Part shown: positions 11,701 to 20,700 of the stretch, in pieces
Layout of the letters: every line of letters begins with the position of its first letter
Position numbering within the stretch: the stretch's first letter is position 1
NCBI GenBank assembly: GCA_017625505.1
Contig: JAGAKV010000002.1
Coordinates: 3,287-67,286, forward strand
DNA: 64,000 bases
Direction: 5' to 3'
From: Clostridia bacterium
GTDB lineage: Bacteria > Bacillota > Clostridia > Christensenellales > UBA1242
Made by a program: the position numbers and the translations under genes
The notes under the pieces: model-generated
The model's database searches: none
Seen by the model: the letters and a program-made list of their open reading frames with translations, nothing else
What the model was told of the DNA's origin: nothing

Positions 11701-14700
11701 AACAAGCATTGGCTTGTTTGCGAAAATTGTTAAAAAATCAAGCTCAAGTCTTGAAAGCAGCAAATCTCCAGCGCTAGTATCAAATGTAAACATTGAAATT
11801 GTTCAAGTTACAGCGGGAAACGTCTCAGCGGTTGGCGGCCTTGCGGGCGTTGCAAAAGACGCGTCATTAATCAACATTGATGTTGCTTTTGCAGACGATT
11901 CAATTGTTGAAGGTCTTCACTATGCAGGTGGCCTTGTGGGCTTTGCGTATGGAAACAACAAACTGAAAAATATTGTTGTGACAAATCCAAACGTACTTGC
12001 TGACACAAGAACTGAAGATGAAGGTGGGCGCTACTATATTGAAAGTGCACAGCAATTGTCTTCTTTGAGAACGCAAACCGCAACAGATATCAATAAGACT
12101 CTTAAAACTGCAGGTTATTCTTATGCTGGCGGTGTAGCGGGATTTGTTGATAATTATACCGATCAAAACAACAAAGGTTTTGAAAACGAACTTAATCAAA
12201 CTATAAAATATGAAATAAACAACATTAAAGTTGAAGGCAATGTAAACGTAAAAGGTCAGGTTGTAGGTGGCTTATTTGGTATTGCTGGATATGGCACAAA
12301 TATAAATGATGCAGGCCTGATTATAAATGCCGATGCAGAAGCTTCTTCAAAAATTGCTTCAACTCGCTACTTTGCTGGTGGAATTGTAGGTCAATCGTTT
12401 GGAAGACTGTCAAGAGTATATGCTGGGCATGAAAACTCAGTTCAAGAGGCGATTGAAGATGAAATGGCAGACTTCTATGCAGGTGATACTTCAGCTCAAC
12501 GTGGTGTGTTAGATTTATTTGACACATCAAAGACTGATAGTAAAAACCATCAAATCGCTGTTGGTGGACTGATTGGTTATGCAGGCAGCGGACTTCTTGA
12601 AATTTCTTATAGCAAAGTCAATGTGACGGCCCTTTCTGCAAAGTACGCTGGTGGAATTGTTGGATTTATGGATGTTGCAAAGGTGCAAACTCCATATGCG
12701 GTTGCTCCAGAAGCATTGTATACATCATCATCTTCTTCAGATGCACAAAAAGAAACTACAAAATATTTCATCAATGAAGTATTTGCAACCGGTGATGTGC
12801 GTGCAAACGAAATGGCAGGAGGACTCATTGGTGCAATCAAAGGCAAAAACAGCGACATAAAACTTCTCGCTGTAAATGCACTCAACTATATTACTCTTTA
12901 CAACTATCAAACAGAAACTTATGAAGAGCCTGTAGCAGGTCGCTGCGAAATTTCATCAGCGCTTAAGATCAACTCTTTTGTAGGTAAATTCTTGTATGAA
13001 GATTCCTATGGCTTTGAGAGAGAGGAAGCGTTTGTTGAAAGACGTTATGAAAAATCTGCTAACAACAACCAAACAGCTGTTCTTCTTCAAAGCGGAGCTG
13101 ATAGTCTAGACGGATATATTAGCTTCCTACTTGGCAGAGAAAACTATGGCTCTATTGGTGAAGAAGGCGCCGGCGGCGTTGAACGTCTTGCTACGGTGGG
13201 CAGATATAACTATTATAGTTTTGACGGAAACAAAGTTTACTTAAAACGTTTTGGTGAAAACCTTTTAATAAGCAATCAAGAATATCTATTAGAACAAGAA
13301 AACAAAATAGATTTTGAAACTGGAATGGGGGCAAATGAATTGAACATCTATTCAATTGCATCTCCAGACCAATATACGTCTTCTACAGTAGGGCGTACAT
13401 ACACACAAATGGGATTCATTAACTCTGGAGTTTGGTCTTATGCAAATTGGTATCATCCTCTTGATGACCTGTTCCCAAGTGTAAAACTTCAAGAAATTTA
13501 CAATGTTGTATATCTTGATGTATACAACGCGGCTGAAATTTTTGAGAAAATGAGCAACTCTGACATGGTTGTAATTGTTCGAGGATTGAAAACTGCGACA
13601 TCAGATGTTTCTCAACTTGAAAGTTATAGCGATATCAAAATTTACAAAAATGAAGATGGATCCTTCTACGTACTTCAAGCTGACGGCGTTCATGCAACCA
13701 GCAGTCAATCTCATCACTTCAATGCTATCAGAGGGTTTAGTGGTAAGATTATTGGTGGAAGATATCCACAAGGGGCAACAAGCAAAGTTAAAATCGTTTC
13801 ACACGCCGGAAACTTTATCGACAGTGTGGCAGAGGGATTTGCTGTGTCTGATCAAACCTTTAGATATGAAAAAGTTAAGACGCTTAAGGCTGGCAGTTCA
13901 AGTCCTGATGAGGTAGAATATATTGCAGTGAAAAATTCATTGTTTGTTGATGGCAGCATTGCTGGGGCAGATATTTCAAACTTGACACTTGAAATCGCCT
14001 CTCAAGTAGTGACTACCGCAGAAAGTGACGGTGGAAATTATGGACTTGTTGCCACATCAATACAAAGCACAAACATTGATACCCTGTCAATTGTTGATGT
14101 ATGGAGTTACGGTGAGGACAAAGCGTTGTTTAGGGTGCAAACGGGTGTTGATTCACTAAGCAGTACAACTAATGTAGGCCTTGTAGCTGGTCAACTGATT
14201 CAGAATAGCGAAGAAAAACTTATGATCGTAAGAAATCTTGCTGTTTCAAAAACATATTTCAACTCGGGAGCTATGCCTTTAATCGATGTTGACACGGGCA
14301 CAAACGGAAAAGCGGTTGCCGACTTAAATGTTGGTGGATACTTTGGTCTTATCACAAAAGCGGCAGAGGCAGGCAGATCTATAGAAGAACTTAGAGTATA
14401 TGCTGCGTCATATGCGGCAAACAGAAAGGCGCAATTTATTTTGCAAAGCGCAACAGTCAACAATGTGCTTAATGTTGGAGGCTTTGCAGGTACAATCACA
14501 GATGTTGATAGTTTAACAGTGCAAACAGACTTGACTATGTCGTCAGATATTGAGTATAAATTGCCAGAAACTGTCAAAGATCTTCGCATTGGAAATCTTG
14601 TTGCAACGCTTGCAAACGGAGCTGCCCTTCGTGTTGATGGTGGCAGCGCGACAATTAAGTCGTCACTTGCATTCAAAGAAGGTTCAACAAATGACGCAAA

Positions 14701-17700
14701 TGTAGATAATGCATATATAGGTGGACTTGTAGGGCATCACAGCGGTGCACCTTTGACGCTTACAAACTTTACAAATGTCACATTTGACGTACAAAACTTG
14801 ATTTGCGCACGTGAAGCTGTTTTAGGTGGGTTGGTTGGATATACAAACGCACAGCTTGACATCTCATCAAATGAAGCAGTCGAGATTTCTGGTAACGTTA
14901 ATGTATCATGCGAAGAAACTGCTGGTGAGATTGTTGTTGGTTCTGTTGTCGGAAAGACTGATGCGACAGTTGCTCTTGACGGGGCAAATACAAGCAAGAG
15001 TTTATCAATTGTGGGCGACATTACATCAACGCTTAATGCAAACATCACTGCGAAAAATGCTACATTTGGTGGAATTGTTGGACAAATTAAGTCTGCAAAC
15101 GCCGAAGGCGGAGCAGAAACTGGTCCTAAGTCAGGAATTATTGCACAAATTGGTGATGGAGGAAGAGTGCTTTCATACAATGGAAGTGTAACTTCTCAAA
15201 ACGCACAGAGTGTTAAGTTTGGCGGAATTGTGGGCGAGTTTGACGCTAAGGGTGATGGAGAGGACAACACTGTCGAGCTTGCAATAAATAAGACATCATT
15301 TGGCGGACATTTCACAATTAAAAACTCACAAGCCGCAACAATAACTGTAGGCGGAACAATAGGATCTGTTTGCTCAGACAACGCGATTGCGAATATACAA
15401 CTTTTCCGTGGCTACAACTATGGAAATGTATATGTAGAGTACGATGCAACGCTTATATCATTAGCTGAATATAATTTTGGTGGAATTATAGGTGAAGTTG
15501 GGGCTGCCAAATACACTATCAGCGAAAACTATAGTGCGGTTTCAAGCCATAACTCAAGATATTTATCATCTTCAAATAGAGCTCACGCTTTATTTGGTTA
15601 TGGTGATCCTACAGTAAATGTAGGTGGTTTTAAAACAACAAACTTCTACAGCCATGCAGTATGTTTATTGACTGACGACAATGGTACAGATATTGGCTAT
15701 AAAACATCATATAGTGACGAAAGACTTGGATATGATAGGACTGAATCACTTTCAGATGAAAATGATATAATCTCTGCAATTTTAGCAGGAACAGGAAAAA
15801 CATTGGAGCAGCTTGGTGCTGATACAGCAGGTCACAAACTGAATCCAAAAGAACTTAAAAACACAACAAGTGTTGCTGACCTAGGCAAGACTGACACAGA
15901 GACAGATCATGTGTTTGAAAAATTGACATACTATGTACTTAAAGAGAATATTACAATATCAAATAAAACATTCAAGTTGACAGATGCAGCCGTTGTTGGA
16001 GATGGCTTTAAAGTAAACTTTGAAAATACAAGCGCAGCAATACCAGCACTCTTTACTGATGCAACAGGATATGCATATATTTCATCGCTGATTGAAGAAG
16101 TTAGTGTGAAGTTTGACGATTCTCAAAACGTGCAAGTTGCAGGCTTGGCTGTGCGTTTTGGCGGAAATACACAAATTTACGCAGTCAACGCATACGGCAA
16201 CATGGATGTTCATTCGTCGACAAAAAATGTATTTGTTTCAGGACTTGGGCAAGATATCGCAGGAAAAGTCGCAGACTCTTCAACTGATATTGATATGATT
16301 GGCCGAATGGCAAATAATGCATGCACACAAGCACATGAGCATAATTCTGCTTGGTACGATTTCTCTCAACTTACTGGATTTGTTGATACAAGTTATCCTT
16401 CCGAGGCAAACGGATATGCAATGTCTTACATTGAAAACTGCTTTGCTCTTGGAAGCGTGCAAACACTTGCTGGAAATAAAATTTGGCCGTTTGTTCAACC
16501 AAACAGTAAGGGTGACTACAAAACGAAGACGCAAAATTGCTATAGCGCAACACGCATTGACTATAGAAACTATCTTGATCTTGCTGATGCTGCGGTTGTA
16601 AGCGAATATTCTGGGGCTTCTGCTGCTAATGTATATTTCAACAGCTCAGTGGATAATGCAGGAGTGATGTTTGATTTAGATTCTCTTAATCTTGCAGTAT
16701 CTAACAGCGCGATTCAAACATTTAATTATAAAGATATTAACTCTATCTTTATAGACGCAACTCGCAGCGAGGATAAAAAAGTGTGGATACGAGATATGAA
16801 TTTCAACTATTACTATCCAACGCTTAAGTATCAATATCTCAAGATGTCGTCATACTCAACTCAAAGCGAGCCAATTCTTGACTGTGGACATGAGACTTGC
16901 GATCAATCAACTTACGATTGCTATGTAAAAAATTACACATATACAAGAGTGCCTAATGGTCTTACTCTCAACACAGAAAATCTTTCAAAGGGTTTCTACA
17001 TGATTACACATGCAGGGGCACTTGCAGAAAGACTTGCAGAAGCAAAAGATGGACATAACGGCTGGCAGCAAAATTATGCAATCAAATATGATATGGATTT
17101 AAGCATATATGATGTTGATAGCGATGCTACTACAACACGCGTGAGTCCACTTAAAGATATAACATTTACAGGAAAACTTGATGGTCAAGGAAAAACTATA
17201 CGCGGATTGACACACAACTTGTTTGCTGCTGTTGGCTCAGATGAAACATCAACTGACACATGTTATGTTCGCAATTTAAGATTGACGGGTGCTAATGTTG
17301 TGAATGTAGACGGTATTTTAGCTAAAACAATTACAAAAGCTGAAGTGTCAAACATGACAATCGGTGGTTTAATGACAATAGATAGTACATACGCAGACGC
17401 ATATGTAGGCGCGCTTGCTGGAATTTCATACAGCGCTGAAATTAATACGACTACAAGTACAACACAAATTAAGGTGGAAGACTGTCAACACGGAATTGAT
17501 GTAGGCGGAATTGTAGGAAAAGCAGAAACCAGCACAAATATAAGATACTGCTCAAACTATGGACCAATTTCAGTTACACATAGTGTTGCTAATCAACAAT
17601 CAACTGTTGGTGGAGTGGTTGGTGCAATAAACTATTCAAATGTTTACAATTCATACAATGCAGCATCTGTTCTCAACAACTATAAAGGCAGCGTAGTAGG

Positions 17701-20700
17701 TACATTCTTTACTGGAGGAATTGCTGGACATGCTGATGTTGATAATGCAGAAGGCGAAACAAACAACTGCACAATTGATGGCTGCTACAATAGTGGTATG
17801 ATTAAGTCAGGGCATAAAGGAAACAAAATAAGCGGAACTACAACTGATGCTGATGGAAATACAATTGATACAAACATTTTCGCAAATAATACTGACCTTA
17901 ATCGAGGCTCTCATGCAGGAGGAATTCTTGCATTCCAAGGTGATAGTGGAGATGTGGCAATTTCAAACTGCTATAATGAAGGCACGGTTGAAGCACTTGC
18001 AGAAAATGGAACGTTTGAAGTTGTGTATGAAGAGCCTTACGTAAAAATCAATCAAACATCATCACAAAACGTTGTGGCATATGCAATCGGCCCAGGTGCG
18101 AATAATACATGTATCGCTAAAATTGAAGAAAATGCTGATGGAAGAACATCTGTTCTTGCTAATGGCGCTGCAACAGCAAAAGATACTGCAGTATATAGGA
18201 TGACTTATGATGCCAATACATGGGTGCCAGAGTACAATTATAATAACCTATATTATGCAACAGCTTGGGCACGAAGTGGGAAAAATCATTATGTTGGCGC
18301 TCAGATAAGATATTATCGTATTGCAGAACCTGTGCGTCAAGAAAATGGTGTAACTACGCATTCATTCAGTATTGTAGATAAGGAAAACACACGAAACTTT
18401 TTGAATCTTCCTTTGAATGTGGTTTATACTGCTGATTATAGGCTTGGCGTCATGATGTATGCAGATCAGGCTAGAAAACTAAAAAATATTAATCCTGATA
18501 GACTGCTGTCCTTATACAACTATTCGTCAGGAAGTGTGATTGTTTGCTTCGTTGGTGCGAAAGGTGACTTTACCGAAAGATTTAGTATGCCTGTCAATGC
18601 ATTGGATGGGTTATCATCATATAATGGCACATTAAATCAATATGACAACATCTTGGCAAATTATATTCATCTTGCAAAACCAACTTCTGATGAATCAATT
18701 CAAATAAAGAATAAAGAATTTGGATTGCAAGGAGAATTGTCAAATGGCACAAAAACAGCTGAAGAGATTAAGCAAGAAACGAAAACGAGGAAGTCAGAAA
18801 CAAATGAGACGCTAAAAGTTGGGGGGACGAAATTCTATCTTGCATCAAACAACAATCTTGATATTTTCCAAGCGGGGCTCAATAAAAATAATTTCACAGT
18901 TACAATCAAGAAACAGGAAAACGTTTCTTATCAAGTATCATCTGTAAAAACTCGCGACACAAACAAAAACTTACATTTTGGTAATATTGGTGAGTGGATA
19001 GATGATGGTGCAAATCAAACAACCACACTTGATGTGTATTTTGCAGAATCAGACATTTCACAAGCGATTACAGTGCAAGTAGCCGCTGAGTATAGAAATA
19101 ATGTTGAAATTGATGTTTCAAATCTTTCGTTCTATACAACTGATTATGGAATTGGGCTTGGAATTACCGATGAACAGTGGAAAACAGCAATAACCACATT
19201 GAATAGGGTGGATATTCAAGATGCTAATGATAACACATATAACGCATATGAAATAACCGCAGCAAGCCATAGTCTTTCTACAGGAGACGCGCTATATTTA
19301 GTTTATGATTATCAATTTGATGATTTTGTCTACATTCCAAATGCAAAAAGCGTTGAAAATGGGACTAAGGTTAACACTATTTCGTTGGCAGATCTTAATG
19401 GTCTATCTTGGAAAGTAACACTTAATAGTCAAATTAACACTGAGGTTATGAAATTTACAAACGGTATGTCTTATAGCGCCTCTTTAAATGTTGAACCCGC
19501 TACGATTATCCAGTATCAAGAAACAATTATTGGCACGAACAAGATTCTTCCAAACAATTTGGCAGGCAATGTGCTTGCTTTAAATGGAGATACTGTTGTT
19601 GCAGGAAGCTCAAACGGAGGAGAAACTTGGTATGGCGCAGAAAAAGTTGAGCTTGTAAATATAGCAAATGGACAAGAAATTCAGCTTGTAGAGCCAGTAC
19701 ACAGTGTGTCTAGTGATATAACATCTACAGCCTCTGGAACATATGGATTCGCAATTAATCAATCATTGGTAGAGTTCTTTGATGACGCGGAAAAGACTCT
19801 TACTAAAGATGGAGTAAAGATTGAGAATGTAGAATATAGCCTAAATGGAAATATAGTAACAATTTCTGGATTAGAGCCAAATGAACAATATAGTTTAAAC
19901 TACACTTATCCACAAATCTACCGTAAAGTTGCAACAGTAGATCAAAACAATGTTATTAGTTGGGAAACTGACTATAGTGATAGTCCGGACAATATACTGC
20001 GCATTGTGGACGCCGAAGGAACCGAACTAGCAAGACGTACTGAGGGGATATGGGATAATAACGTGGAAGTCTCAATTCGTTATCGCGCGAACGATGCTAC
20101 ACGTTATATTCAAGAACAATCAGCAACCTGGAATACGACTTATGAAAAAGAATATTCAGTTTCAGACTACACGATTACAGTATCTTATAGAGCAACAGAA
20201 TCAAGCGTTGTTAAGACTTACCGAAACGAAGAATCTGGCGTTGAGATTAATATAAATTACTCCACGACCGTTGATTACGACACTATAGTAGGATACGAGA
20301 TTATTAAAGAACATTTACCAGATGAATTGAATTATATTGGAGTCTTTACTTTACAAATTGGTGATCGCTTGATTGAGCATAATGCGTTTGTTGAAACTTC
20401 AGAATATCAGCAGCAGCTTAATGAAGGCGAAGAAGTATCTATAGAAGAAAATGCTGAGTTGAGATTTACGGCTTATCAAACACATAGGTTTGAAAAAGAG
20501 TTTGATCAGTATTCAGTTAGTCTTTATAGTTCGGCCACAAATGAATGGTATGGTTATGATTATGTGAAGGATAATAATGCCGAAAATGGATACACTGAAC
20601 AGTACTATAAGTATGCAGTCGAAAGACACGATTATGGTGAAGATGGTACTGAAGATTTGATATCAACAACAGACTTAAATGGGAATGGAGATTGGTGCGT

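Noticed and set aside
14200-15180. Two long minus-strand ORFs (158 and 147 aa) inside giant ORF 1. Several shorter ones on both strands also fall inside it, for example 2834-3229, 6616-6885 and 12607-12885.
   Set aside because: They are antisense or alternate-frame shadows of a Gly/Ala/Val-rich coding region. Their composition is low-complexity (Ala/Pro/Ser/Thr), they have no SD, and they lie wholly within a much better supported ORF.
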